From the NCBI GenBank assembly GCA_000091205.1, contig AP006485.2: 64,000 bases of DNA; one strand, written 5' to 3'. The DNA comes from Cyanidioschyzon merolae. Its lineage: Eukaryota. A program made the position numbers and the translations under genes. The notes under the pieces are model-generated. The model worked only from the letters and a program-made list of their open reading frames with translations, was not told where the DNA came from and did no database searches. This document shows positions 11,527-22,490 of the stretch, piece after piece. The first letter of the stretch is position 1. The number at the start of each line of letters is the position of its first letter.

Positions 11527-12700
11527 ACAAGTAGATGTGTTCCGTGCCAAAAACAGGTATATTCAAAGAGTGGTTGCGGTCAACAGTAGAGAATGACCGG
11601 TTGATCACCCTAGGGAAAGCAAAACCGTCAAATGTAGTCGCCACGGACGTCCCTGTTCCTCAACAGCATGTTCGTGTGGTCGTGAAGACACCGGGATACA
11701 GTCGCGAAAAAGTCCTAGATTATGCATGGCCATCTTGCACCGAAATCGCAACGACAGCCTTCCTGGAGCGTCGCTATAGGTATGAAGCACAGTGACTTTG
11801 ATTTGTTTTTTTTTCTGTGGGTGAGACTTCCTTTCGAAGATATGGTCGGAGCGTATGCCGGCATTCGCGGAACAGGGCGCCCATTGTATGTAAATTCGAT
11901 TTAGATGAGAACGAGGATATCACGATCAGTTCGAGTTGCAGTGGATTCACTCTGCGGCCTCAGATTCGCTCGAGGAGAAAGCTCGTACAACGACACGAAC
12001 AGCTTTGTCGAATTCTTGAAGACTTTTCCGGACGTTCGATGACGTCCTTCTATGTTACAACCTGGCGTTTGACCATTCTTCTTGCGTTCACGCTTTTGCC
12101 GATTCAAACGGGAATAGAGCAGCTTTTCATTCCACTGTACGCTCCGTAATCCAGGCCCAGTGAAAGAGCGTTCTCCATCTTGATACGGTATGATCGCTTC
12201 ATTGGGCGAATCGCTGGAGTGTTCAGCACGCGGTGACACACCAGGCCATATGCCGTTGTTCTTCCGCGAGTCCATCCACCGCAGAGAGCGTCCTCACCTG
12301 GGTGCAGAGACAGGTGCATTCATTTTCAAAAAATATAAGGGATGAACTGAGATGTACACGTCCGGAGGCCGATATAGAGGGAAGGCAGCGGACCGCTTCG
12401 GCGATCGAAAATCACGGAGAGCCAACAGAGCACCAAATGGTACAGAAGGCGCGAGTTCCTGGAATCCTTGCATTGGCGAATCCAACCAGCGGCAAGAAAT
12501 GCAAAGAGCTTTCCATCCGAGACATGAACGCTACTTTCAATATTAGGAGATCTGCGACGCTGAAGACGATACCCGAGGTGCTTACGCAATGTAATTTTGC
12601 AGGGCAGCATCTCAGGCTCGAAGTGTACAAGGAGACGCTGAAGCTGATAGCAGGCGGCCGGATATAAATACACTGGGAGGCGTCTGCGGGCGGAGATTAA
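11527..12700 (+). mobile_element. Internally deleted, decayed copy of a TnpB/Fanzor-like transposon: N-terminal fragment plus RuvC-III end plus conserved 3' tail.
   Basis: ORF 11535..11795 is homologous to ORF 48240..48608 and to the end of the 45089..44415 ORF (FLERRYRYEAQ / FLERRDRYEAQ / FLDRELERKAE). ORF 12233..12667 carries a degenerate RuvC-III (ELSIRDMNATFNIRR; compare NRDFNAAINIRR at 43030). The 3' non-coding block 12553..12700 is conserved with the other two copies. Confidence 0.6.
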
Positions 12701-15104
12701 TTTACCAAATAATCGAAAAATTTTTTGTTTTCTTTACATGCACGTCCATGGGCATTTATCTAGTATACAGGACGCAAATCGAATAATCGTTTGGAGAGGC
12801 TAGCGCGCTCGCACACGAGCAGGGAATCCGCTTTAGCAGTGGCGTGCTCTGTTCAGCACAATACGTCGCTGAAAAAGGTGCAAGGCAGGCAGGCATCGTA
12901 TTCCAACTATCCTCCTGGAAACGCGTCCGCCAGTGCGAGGCTCAGAGCAACGACATGAGCCTGGGCGATCCGGAGCGACGCTCGCACGCGTTGCTAACCC
13001 GCTTCCGAACTCGCCACCAAGCGGTTTCTTTTCTGCTGCTAGGAGCTCATGAATTGGCTGCATTGACTCGCGAAGAATCCCATCCGTCACTCGTATTTTT
13101 TTTCTGAGCCAGAACAGTGAGGCTTTTTTTTTGGCGTATAACGTCCCTGAGGGTACCTCTCGTGAAGCGCTCGAGATTAACGTGTGTATGGTTTCTGATT
13201 TTGGTTTGAAGTTTCCTTAACGTATGCGCTGTAGAGCCCAGGTCGCCGAGATGCCACTGCGACTCGTCACAGGATTCTAACACATGCGTGTGCAAATGAC
13301 AGGTGCAACGATACGGAAGTATTGCATCTTCTGTACCGTGTATCCGTTGTGTGGTTGCATATGGGTTTCGTCGACAAATTCCGGAGCAATGTGGACAGCT
13401 GGCTGCCCTGTCGCCAGCATTCCTGCTTAAACTTGCTTGACGAGGTGCGTCATAGAGAGAGAGAGAGGCGAAACCAGGATCCCTCTAATAAGAAGCTACG
13501 TGATCCACCACGGTATTCTGTACGTTTCGGTACCGCGGATGCGAGCGACTCTGCTATTGAACCGTGATCGCAGTGAAAACGTTTCACAACAGAAATGACG
13601 ACTTCGACTGGATTGCACCGGACAGAACAGAACGGCACGAAGAGAAGCTCCGCGCTAGTCACAGCTGCGTTCTCCTCGACGGTTTTTGAGTGGTGGAAAA
13701 CGGCGGTGTCTAAACACAGGACATGTTTGTTTGGAAATGAGGAGCCACGAAGAGTGTTTCGACGGAGGTTAGGGTGCTTAACGCACTCGTCGCTTTGGCG
13801 GCGTTCAGGCGACCACGCAACGGACTCGTCGTCTGGGCAGGTACTGTTGCGATATTTGTTTGTCTCGTCTTTCCGAACAGCATTTTTGCCCTCTATGAGT
13901 TCCTATACGCAGGTCTGTTATTTGTCCCGAAACAAGTCTCACCGTTTGAGACTACGACCCGTTCAAACTGTAACAGTGTTCGCATTTCAATACAATATAG
14001 AGAGTAAGTGGGTCTGCGCGCGATAGTCTCACATTGAAGCATACCGGTTTCTTTGTCCATCGGTGTCCGGTTATCACCTTTCGTATCAGCGGGGCGGACA
14101 ATTCAGATCCTATGGTTCCTTTGGTAGGATTTCTCAGAGGTCGCTTGTAGTGAAATGAATAGACAAGAGGAAACAGTCCCGTAGAAAGAGTTCAATGAAC
14201 TCTGTTTCGGATGCACGATGAGAAGGATATGGACGACGAGAAATATGGTCGATCCGCGTGATGAAAGCAGACTTACGGACATCTACAAGTAGGGACGTTT
14301 TTTACACGCTCATAGTGACAGTGTAACATGTTTCCACCACCTTTCTCCAATCTGCAGGATACATTCCTGCTGTCGAACAACTAAGAGAAAAACAATCATA
14401 AACAAAAGGGCATGCAAATATATGTGCTCCAAAAATCGCTGCTCCTATAATAGGGCGTCTCGTGTGGACGCCAGCAAGTGCCTTCTCTCGATCGCTGTTC
14501 TTGAGCAACAGCGTATCGATGTAGCGAACTAGATTCTCCCAGATGCACAGCCTCTGGTGATGACCAGGAAGTAGACCTCGGGCATTAGCCCAGGATGCAG
14601 GACCCGACCAACCCCAGTGCAGCGTACCCGGATCAAGTCGGCGCTCGATCAATGCTCCAGTGCCCGGTACACCAGCTCGTGATCGCGCTTGAAACTTTGG
14701 AACGCAGATTCCATCCTGGGATCCGCGGAATGATTTTACCCGATCTGGTGTCCATGGGTGATACTAGCTACATCCAGGTACGTGCACGAACAATCGCCGC
14801 GACTCCAGATGCAGATATCGAAAGGCAAATCCTTCGTTATAGCAGACGCACCCTTGCAAGCACATGTACGAGTATATCTATATGCGCAGGCGCGCTCATT
14901 CGTCCGAGCATAAACATGCACGCCTGAATATACGCACGTACGTCCATGTATACATCCATAGACTTTCAAAGGAGGCAGAGGGCATGAACAGTGGTCTTTT
15001 TGTGAAATAACATCTCTGCATACCTGCAAGGCAGGCGGTAGTGATCCCCCACCCCGCCCCCGCCCCCCAACCCCGAGAAACATTAACATGCCCTGCCGCA
15101 GCGC

Positions 15105-15884
15105 TTACCCGGCCTCGACACCGATACGGAAAATCGTTCGCGATGGATAAACCCACGTCTGACTCGCCTGCTCCTCCAGCGATGAGAATCGCTGGAGGAG
15201 CTCCTCGGGTGCTGTTTCCAGTGCCATGCGCACCGTCTTGGCAACGTGCTCGACGGAGACTGCGAGTATGCCCCCCATGGACAAACGAAGTGTTTTCACA
15301 AGCTGCTGGGCAGCGCGTTCTGCTGGTCTGCTCGCACCGCTCGTTCGAGGCGGCGTCAGCAGCATGCCAGGCCTAAGGATATGCAGGGCCGCTCCGTATT
15401 CTGCACACAGCGCATGGACATGTTTCTCCGTCTCGCCTTTGACCCGCATGTAGAAGAAGAGAGATCGCTCTGAAGCACCAGATGCGGATATTAGTGCAAT
15501 TTTCCGAGCTCCGCAAGCTAAAGCTGTTCTTACGAAACCACAAATATAGTCGTGATCGACCCGTTGGAAAACCTCTTTTGACCCCCCAGCGTCTTTCATT
15601 GTGGTTCCCAGCGCACACACGGCAGCGCCAACGCCGGAAAGACTCCATAGCGGACAGTCCTTCGAGCGCCGTTCCGCAGGCGTTAATGTTAGTTCCCCAA
15701 AGTCCTCCAGAACGATCACGCGCACTTTACCAGCGTCTGCGAACGGGAGGCGAACATTTGCGCGACGGCAAAGGGCAATGACTTCTTCGCACCGCGGAGT
15801 TGCCACCAGCTCACGAACGATAGCTTGGCCACAGGCTCCAGTGGCACCAGCAACGAGAACCTTGTACGAGGCTGCGGCACTCAT
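15105..15884 (-). CDS. HTATIP2 (TIP30/CC3)-like NAD(P)-binding oxidoreductase, atypical SDR.
   Basis: N-terminal Rossmann motif KVLVAGATGACGQ. Colinear with human HTATIP2 (CALGTTMKDAGGSKEVFQRVDHDYI...IALISASGASERSLFFYMRVKGETEKHV versus [23 protein letters not shown]...[27 protein letters not shown]). Confidence 0.75.
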   Translation of the reverse strand: MSAAASYKVLVAGATGACGQAIVRELVATPRCEEVIALCRRANVRLPFADAGKVRVIVLEDFGELTLTPAERRSKDCPLWSLSGVGAAVCALGTTMKDAGGSKEVFQRVDHDYICGFVRTALACGARKIALISASGASERSLFFYMRVKGETEKHVHALCAEYGAALHILRPGMLLTPPRTSGASRPAERAAQQLVKTLRLSMGGILAVSVEHVAKTVRMALETAPEELLQRFSSLEEQASQTWVYPSRTIFRIGVEAG

Positions 15885-17309
15885 GACGTGCCCGATAGCC
15901 CAGGGGTCGCTTTGTGGCGTTCAGCCGCAGCACCAGAAGCGCCAGTACCAGTACCGGGGTGTCGAGCGGAGTCGAACTGCAGGAGCAGTGTCAGTAGAAG
16001 CCACTGTAACAATAGACTCGCAGATTGGCAGTGCAGAAGCAGTACCCGAAGCAGCAACAGGTTTGCGAGAAGCAGCCGACGCTGCAAATCGGCTGCTCCT
16101 CGCAGGCCTTCCATGCAGATCAGTCGATGACACAACTTGGGGATCGTGAAACTGTAGAATGAAATTGTTTGCGAATGCAAAAGTCCCAATTGGTCATTGA
16201 AATTTACTTCGGGACACGCAGATGCAACTGACTGACACAATCAGGATTGCTGGAGTACAGCCAATAGCTCGGGTTCTGCGACGGAACCGTCGCACGAGAC
16301 CCATGGAAGCCACCAAAACAGTCGTCTAGCACTCTAATGCGACTTTCTAAAGCAGAAAAGTTAACGCTATCAACTACGAGCGGAGCAGGTGCTCATCACA
16401 TCTCATACGCCTGAGGATTCTGTTTCACGGCATGCGGTGCCATTGTCGTAGCGACGACAATCTCATTGACAAGATCACCTGCTTTGCTTCGAGCATATCG
16501 TCAAGAAGATAACGCAGAGCCGTTCTGTCTCCTTGTGGTGATCGTGCATGTTGGCTCGGCATTGTGGCAAGCGTCCGCACTAGGTAAAACACCAGCACCG
16601 TTTCAGATCGATCAGCCATCTAAGCTTCACGGGAACATGCACTCGAGGTCCATGGAACCTAGAAGCGTCAACAATCGTCATGCGGTGCGGTGTCCGGCTT
16701 GTTGCATTACTCGAGCATCCAACGGCATCTGCGTAGATTCCCTGACTTTGTCCCTAGGATGAAGCTGCTTCGCGTCTGATCCCTAATAAGTCTGAGACTG
16801 CTTCGGCGACCGCGCAACCCGCATGCCGAAAACACCGTGGAGGAACTCGGCAGTGTTGCTACGTCTATTGAATCCGCGCAAATGTATGCCAGTGATGCTT
16901 CATGTAATGTAAAGCGCACGGACGCTAACGGCAATCCTGTCCAGTCTGGTGACCAGGTCGGCCTGTTTCGCGAGTCACGCCGCGCACGACTTTTTCAGTA
17001 ATTGCAGGCAACACTAGAGGCAGCCTTTCAACGAACCAGCAGCACCGGATGGGCGTCTCATTCGTGGATGGTAGCATGCGAGATCCGCGGGCGAAGCAGA
17101 GCTCGCTCCCCTGAATACCGATACCCGTCGTGCATCCGGGATGCCCGATACAATGGATTGATCCGGCACCATGCAACATGTGAGCCGCGGTTGCTAGCGC
17201 AGGCGCGAGCACTGCTCAGTGAACCGCCAAGACGCCGCGTTTCCACCGGGCAGCCCGCAGCAAGGCCCGGCGCTCGAGCACCCACAAGACCGTGCAACGG
17301 TCGTAGGGA

Positions 17310-18014
17310 TCAGAGGATTCCGTACCTTCCTTCAAACGCATGGCAAACGCGACTGCAAATGGTTGCGGCAGAACATGCATATGCGCTAATGGCCATGTGC
17401 TCCTCGGTCCAGTCGGGAGCAATATCCCCGTGGCTGATCGCACCAATAGCAAAAGCCACATCCTCATCATTGGCTATATCATGAACAGCAAGTTCACGAA
17501 TATCTCGAAGTTTTTCGCTCGTATCCGTGAGGAGGATTTTACGGCATCCCACGGGGAGATGTTTCGCAATGGGATTCGGCACCACTCTCATCAGTATTTC
17601 ATTTGAGTTCGTCGCCAAAATTCGACGTTTCTCTAGCAGCTGCGCAACAAGTCCACTAAAGCGACGAAACGTGCGCGGTAACCGCACTCTAGGGTGCACT
17701 TCGATGAGAACGTTCTTTTCCGTGTGTATGAACACACGCAACCGACCCGCTTTGTTCAGAGGAGAGTCCAGCAGATTCAGCAGACAATGATGTGTGATGT
17801 CTGGGCGATATTTCGCGGGATCGCTCCCCAATGATCGGGTAATGAAGGTGGCGTGCTCCTCGCCCGAGAGCAGCACAAGCGGCTCCGCGGCACCTTGGCG
17901 CCGCTTTCCTTTATCGACCCGAGCGGCTTCAAGACAGGCCCCTTCAAGCACTACGTAGACTTTCCCACTGCCTATGTAGTCCTCAGTGGATACCTCTGTT
18001 CGTCGACGCTTCAT
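17310..18014 (-). CDS. EMG1: EMG1/Nep1 SSU-rRNA pseudouridine N1-methyltransferase (SPOUT fold). Start called at MKRRRTEV (18014); the track ORF extends to 18197.
   Basis: Near-colinear with EMG1: VVLEGACLEAARVDKGK, ARPDITHHCLLNLLDSPLNKAGRLRVFIHTEKNVLIEVHPRVRLPRTFRRFSGLVAQLL, NPIAKHLPVGCRKILL, and the C-terminal CSRVCHAFEGRYGIL. Confidence 0.88.
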   Translation of the reverse strand: MKRRRTEVSTEDYIGSGKVYVVLEGACLEAARVDKGKRRQGAAEPLVLLSGEEHATFITRSLGSDPAKYRPDITHHCLLNLLDSPLNKAGRLRVFIHTEKNVLIEVHPRVRLPRTFRRFSGLVAQLLEKRRILATNSNEILMRVVPNPIAKHLPVGCRKILLTDTSEKLRDIRELAVHDIANDEDVAFAIGAISHGDIAPDWTEEHMAISAYACSAATICSRVCHAFEGRYGIL

Positions 18015-18329
18015 TACACCCGTAAGTTCTACAACACCGAGAATATACTCGAACACCTGACACCGCCGTCCGATGTTTGACGGTACGGCGGGCAGGCCGG
18101 ACGCCCGCCGCGACGCTGCGGAACACACACCCCAGCGACGGCTGTGGAGAAGTGTCGACGAGCTATTGGAGTTGTTGCAAACTGACGTTGCTTGCACACC
18201 AGTGTTACGGGGTATTCAGCGCTTGTGCTGGCGAAACACTAGGGAAGACATATCCGCAACAGATCCTTTGGGGGTTGTACGTGCGGCTGGTGTACGATTA
18301 ACAAGGAAAGCGGTTACCGCTTGTGAAGC
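18015..18329. promoter_or_regulatory. 315-bp head-to-head intergenic region between EMG1 (-) and eIF3i (+): candidate bidirectional promoter.
   Basis: Divergent orientation of two confidently called genes, with start codons at 18014 (-) and 18330 (+). Confidence 0.4.
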
Positions 18330-19325
18330 TTGCCACGTGCTATGCGGCCGCTGCTTTTGAAAGGGCATGAGCGCCCGCTGACCCAGCTCAAGTTCAATCC
18401 TGAAGGGGACCTGCTCTTTACAACCGCGAAAGATACGCGCCCAACGGTATGGTGGGCCTCCACCGGCGAGCGTCTCGGCACGTACGACGGCCACACGGGT
18501 GCTGTTTGGTCGTGCGACGTTTTCTGGGACTCGACGCGTCTTCTAACCGGCTCTGCCGATAACACTGCGCGCCTCTGGGACGTCCAGACGGGACGAGAGC
18601 TTTTTCGTTGGTCGCTACGATCTTCGGTGAGATCGGTGGGTGTGGCGCCCGGCTGCCGTTTGATGCACCTCGCGAACTCCAAGCTCCTGGGCCAGGAGTC
18701 CTGCATCCACCTCTTTCGTCTAAAGTCAGACGGTAACTGGCAGGAACAAGAGACGGAACCGTTCCTGGTGCTTCGTGGGCATACGGCGACCATAACTGGA
18801 GTCGTTTGGTACAACACGGCCGAGTATATGCTCTCGGTCTCGGAGGACGGCACAGTCCGCAAATGGGATGTCGAAACCGGCAAGGAAGTCGATCGTGCCA
18901 AGCGTCACAAGAAAGCAATCACCGATATCAAGTTCAGCAAGGATCATCAGATGTTTTTGACGGGATCTGCAGACGGGACAGCGGTTCTCTGGGATACCCA
19001 CGCCATGCAGGAGATCAGGTCATTCGTTCTGGACCGGCCGCTCAATGCGGTGGACTTGTCGCCGCTCATGCCCCACGCAGTCGTCGGCGGTGGCCAGGAA
19101 GCGAGCCAAGTAACGACTACTGCTGGCAAAGCTGGCAAATTTGCAGCAACGTTCCTTCATTTGATTTATGGGGAAGAGATTTTCTCGGTGAAGGGCCACT
19201 TTGGCCCCATCAATTGTCTCTCTTTTACACCGGATGGACGTGGCTTTGCCTCCGGTGGTGAAGATGGATACGTCCGTTTGCATCACTTTGATGAAGAATA
19301 TTACCGGCGAAGTAGTGAAATATAA
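18330..19325 (+). CDS. EIF3I: Eukaryotic translation initiation factor 3 subunit I (eIF3i/TRIP-1), WD40 beta-propeller.
   Basis: N-terminus MRPLLLKGHERPLTQLKFNPEGDLLFTTAKDTRPTVWWASTGERLGTYDGHTGAVWSCD closely matches eIF3i ([26 protein letters not shown]...). Multiple WD repeats; size 331 aa. Confidence 0.9.
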   Translation: MPRAMRPLLLKGHERPLTQLKFNPEGDLLFTTAKDTRPTVWWASTGERLGTYDGHTGAVWSCDVFWDSTRLLTGSADNTARLWDVQTGRELFRWSLRSSVRSVGVAPGCRLMHLANSKLLGQESCIHLFRLKSDGNWQEQETEPFLVLRGHTATITGVVWYNTAEYMLSVSEDGTVRKWDVETGKEVDRAKRHKKAITDIKFSKDHQMFLTGSADGTAVLWDTHAMQEIRSFVLDRPLNAVDLSPLMPHAVVGGGQEASQVTTTAGKAGKFAATFLHLIYGEEIFSVKGHFGPINCLSFTPDGRGFASGGEDGYVRLHHFDEEYYRRSSEI

Positions 19326-20244
19326 AAGAGTTTTGTTGCACGACGTTTGGACTCGGGCAGGGCACGGGGCAGTTTCCGTCGCGTTCCCCAGCAGGCAGGC
19401 TTCCGCGATAGCGATGTCATGTAGTTGCCCTACAATAGGTCTGTGTCCGGAGTTGCTCTGGAAACAGGCTACGAAACGCGCTGTGGAGCACGCGATGCTT
19501 CGTTAGCTGGGCTGTGTAGCTCTAGAGGCACCGTGCATGGCATGCGCGCCCATACGGGGCTTGTTCACAGAAGCATAGGCGCGGTCGTTCATCGAAAGCG
19601 CTATGCCACGGTGCCTGCATCGAATGTGGTGAGTAATCGGCGACAGAGACCCGATATCTCCATTGCGAAACGAGTGTCACCAGACGTCTGTCAGACCCAA
19701 TCCGTCCATGCAACGCCTATGGTTGCTTCTCGGGAGCCAGCGCTCCACTGTTTGGCACGCGACCGTCAAGGAAGCCACCGCTATCCGTCGGTGGCGTTCG
19801 GATATCAGCAGACAAGGCTTTTTCGAAGAGGTCATGCACGATGAATCGAACAGATTTGATGTTTGCGGTCGGAACGAAAGACAGCACCCCCAAAGATGCT
19901 CGCACCGGCTCCTCGATTCTATATGCTTGAGTTTTCACGCAGATTCTCTCCATGCGAAACCTGATTTCGCTGATCGCACCGGTTCATCGAGCCGCACTCC
20001 AACGTCCGAGCATCATCGTTCCGTGCACCTTGACGTCCAATAAGTCCATAGATTTCGCATTTGCATGCGTGTCTGGGCAATGCGCGCAACAAATCGATCA
20101 TAGAACGCGCTGCGACGCGGCCGCGCGGCTTACGCGTGCGTTGGCGCGACGCACGCATCCGATGGCGGGAATTCGGCACGCATGCGTCACGTCGCATGCA
20201 ACTGTTTTCTGTTCAACTTGCAGCTTGAACGTTTGCGGGCAGGA

Positions 20245-21444
20245 ATGAAGGTTTTTTCAAATGCAGCGCTTCCTTTGTTCCTACGGAAGGATGCCGGGTC
20301 TATGGTGAAAAACAGGACGCGCTCTTTCCGTTCAAGGCCTTGTGCTGTTGTCACTTCGGCGCTGACTCTTGTGCTTTTTGGCGTCTTGATGTGGTTGCAG
20401 CGTGGCGCTAGGTTCGCGTCACCGGCTGCAAGCCGCCAGGAGTCGCAAGCCCGAGGCGTAGATGCCTCTGATGCTTTTGAACAACCTCAGGACAGCGTTT
20501 CGCAGACGGGCAACGGCCTGTCCATGCGCTCATCTTGCGCTGGTGAAGTCGTCTTCTTTATTCGCAGTCGGAGCAGCGATTTTCCCGAGCGCGTGCAGAG
20601 CGTCCTCAGCACCTGGGGCCAGCTCTTCCCACCGGAAGATCTCTTCTTTGTGTCTGGGGATCCTGTTCGAGACAAGTTCGGGGCGCAGGTGATTGTCGAA
20701 CCGCGTATTGGAGCGGACCCGCTCTATGGACGTTTCCCCGTCCATGACCCGTTGGTGCTGGGTCTCGCATGGAATGTGCTGCAGCAGAGGCAGCAAGTCC
20801 GTTTTATCATGATTATTGACCCTGACACATTCGTTTTGCCCGATAATCTGTGCTCGTATGCGATCCCAGAGGTTTCCAGTGGTAGATCGCCCTACAATGA
20901 CTACGTCTACAGTGGGTTCGGAGTTTATATGGGCCCGCCCTGGGGTGCGAATAACGCCGGCACCTCCTGCCTCGAAAAGGGCAGAGCACCGCGCGAGCTT
21001 CCGAACCAAGGCCCTGCGGGAATTTTCGCTTCTGGACCGGTCGGCGTCCTTCTCAGTCGGGCGTTGGTCCGCGACCTCGCGCCATACGCAGAGGCGATCT
21101 GGAATGAGACCCAGTGCATCGATACCGGTGATATGCGCCTCTGGATGGGCATGTACTTTCATGAGAATGATGCGCTGCAAGGGAAAACGGTCCGTGATGC
21201 GATGTTGTGCTCCTCATTGACAGCATCGGGAAATCTGATGTCTGTATACGAGACCTTGCCGCCGAACCATGCCGTTGTCGAGCGAGACTTCGAGACCTTC
21301 TATGCCACACTGCCGCAAACAAGTCCAGATCATGCAAGAATTCTCATGGAGATGTTTCGCAGGCATCAAATGAGCGCGCTAAGCGCCGCCGATATCATGC
21401 TCGAGTTCCAGCGTCTGCGGAAATGGCGAGAAAACGTACGTTAA
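20245..21444 (+). CDS. Putative type-II membrane glycosyltransferase (Fringe-like / GT31-type fold). Function uncertain.
   Basis: N-terminal signal-anchor AVVTSALTLVLFGVLMWL. Luminal domain with DxD-like IMIIDPDTFVLPDNL and overall Fringe/DUF604-like pattern. Motif-level only. Confidence 0.4.
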   Translation: MKVFSNAALPLFLRKDAGSMVKNRTRSFRSRPCAVVTSALTLVLFGVLMWLQRGARFASPAASRQESQARGVDASDAFEQPQDSVSQTGNGLSMRSSCAGEVVFFIRSRSSDFPERVQSVLSTWGQLFPPEDLFFVSGDPVRDKFGAQVIVEPRIGADPLYGRFPVHDPLVLGLAWNVLQQRQQVRFIMIIDPDTFVLPDNLCSYAIPEVSSGRSPYNDYVYSGFGVYMGPPWGANNAGTSCLEKGRAPRELPNQGPAGIFASGPVGVLLSRALVRDLAPYAEAIWNETQCIDTGDMRLWMGMYFHENDALQGKTVRDAMLCSSLTASGNLMSVYETLPPNHAVVERDFETFYATLPQTSPDHARILMEMFRRHQMSALSAADIMLEFQRLRKWRENVR

Positions 21445-21685
21445 GGGCGTGTTCAGAGACCCGCGATGTTCCACGAGACCCTGCGCCGCCATCTGATGTT
21501 TTCGCACATTGCATATCTGCGTTTGAGGTGCTTGATGACGATTCTTTAGGACATCTCAACGGTGCTGTTGCCTGCTGTGCACCGCGGACAACAAATGAAG
21601 CGATTCGGCTCTCCGATAAAGCTCTTTGAATCGGATGCCACGCGAGGAACGCGGAAAAGCGCGATGCAAACCTTTTTCAACGCAG

Positions 21686-21880
21686 GCGCTGGATTCACGT
21701 TCACAGGGTTGCCTCGTTCACCGGATCCTCCATGTGCAACAAAGACCTGCGCGATGAGAGACTGCATTGGTCCAAGAACTGGATTCGCCTTGACGGAGTT
21801 ACCCCGTGCACCGGATGCTCCATGCGCAACACAGGTACGCGAGCTGACAGGCTGCTCCGGCACACGCAACGAGACAGCTT
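21686..21880. repeat. Imperfect tandem duplication of about 96 bp, 2 copies at about 80% identity.
   Basis: ctggattcacgttcacagggttgcctcgttcaccggatcctccatgtgcaacaaag... is followed by ctggattcgccttgacggagttaccccgtgcaccggatgctccatgcgcaacacag... (GLPRSPDPPCAT / ELPRAPDAPCAT in ORF 21562..22059). Confidence 0.6.
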
Positions 21881-22490
21881 TGAAATATGTATCGTATTCT
21901 GGCAGATTTCAATATCTCGGTATATTATTCATCAGAAACCCGAAGCCTGGTACCATAAAACGAACACGTCGTATCCGTCCTCTGGACATGCGTCCGCGAA
22001 AGCAGAGTTCGTCAGCGACCAGTAGGGAGGCAAACGAGGCATCTGTGGTTCGCAGATGAGCGCGACAACATCGGCTCAAGCCTCGTGCACCGCTTCATAC
22101 AGGCGCTGCATGTAGAGAAACGCGGTTGTCAATCCGCACCGCAATTAAGACTCGATTGCAGCAGAGAAAAGGGCAGTCAACGGAAGCGTGCCCCCTGGGT
22201 ACGTGCACGAAAACAAAATGTGCAGCCTCGTCCGCATGAGGCGATCGCGTGCATCCTATCATACGCTTCGCCAGAGACCTGGCGGATACAGCGTCGTATG
22301 ATCGGACCATGCTGCGCAGAGCCGAATCCGTTCATGTACGATGTTGCATGCTCTAATAGAATCCCCGTAAACGACCAGAGAGCAGTTTAGAATGTCAGGG
22401 TGCGACACACCCTATGGTGCCCCGGATGTACCCGAACGACATCAGATGAAGGGAGACCAGATGTGGTGTTCCCCGTGCAGCGACTCAGTT

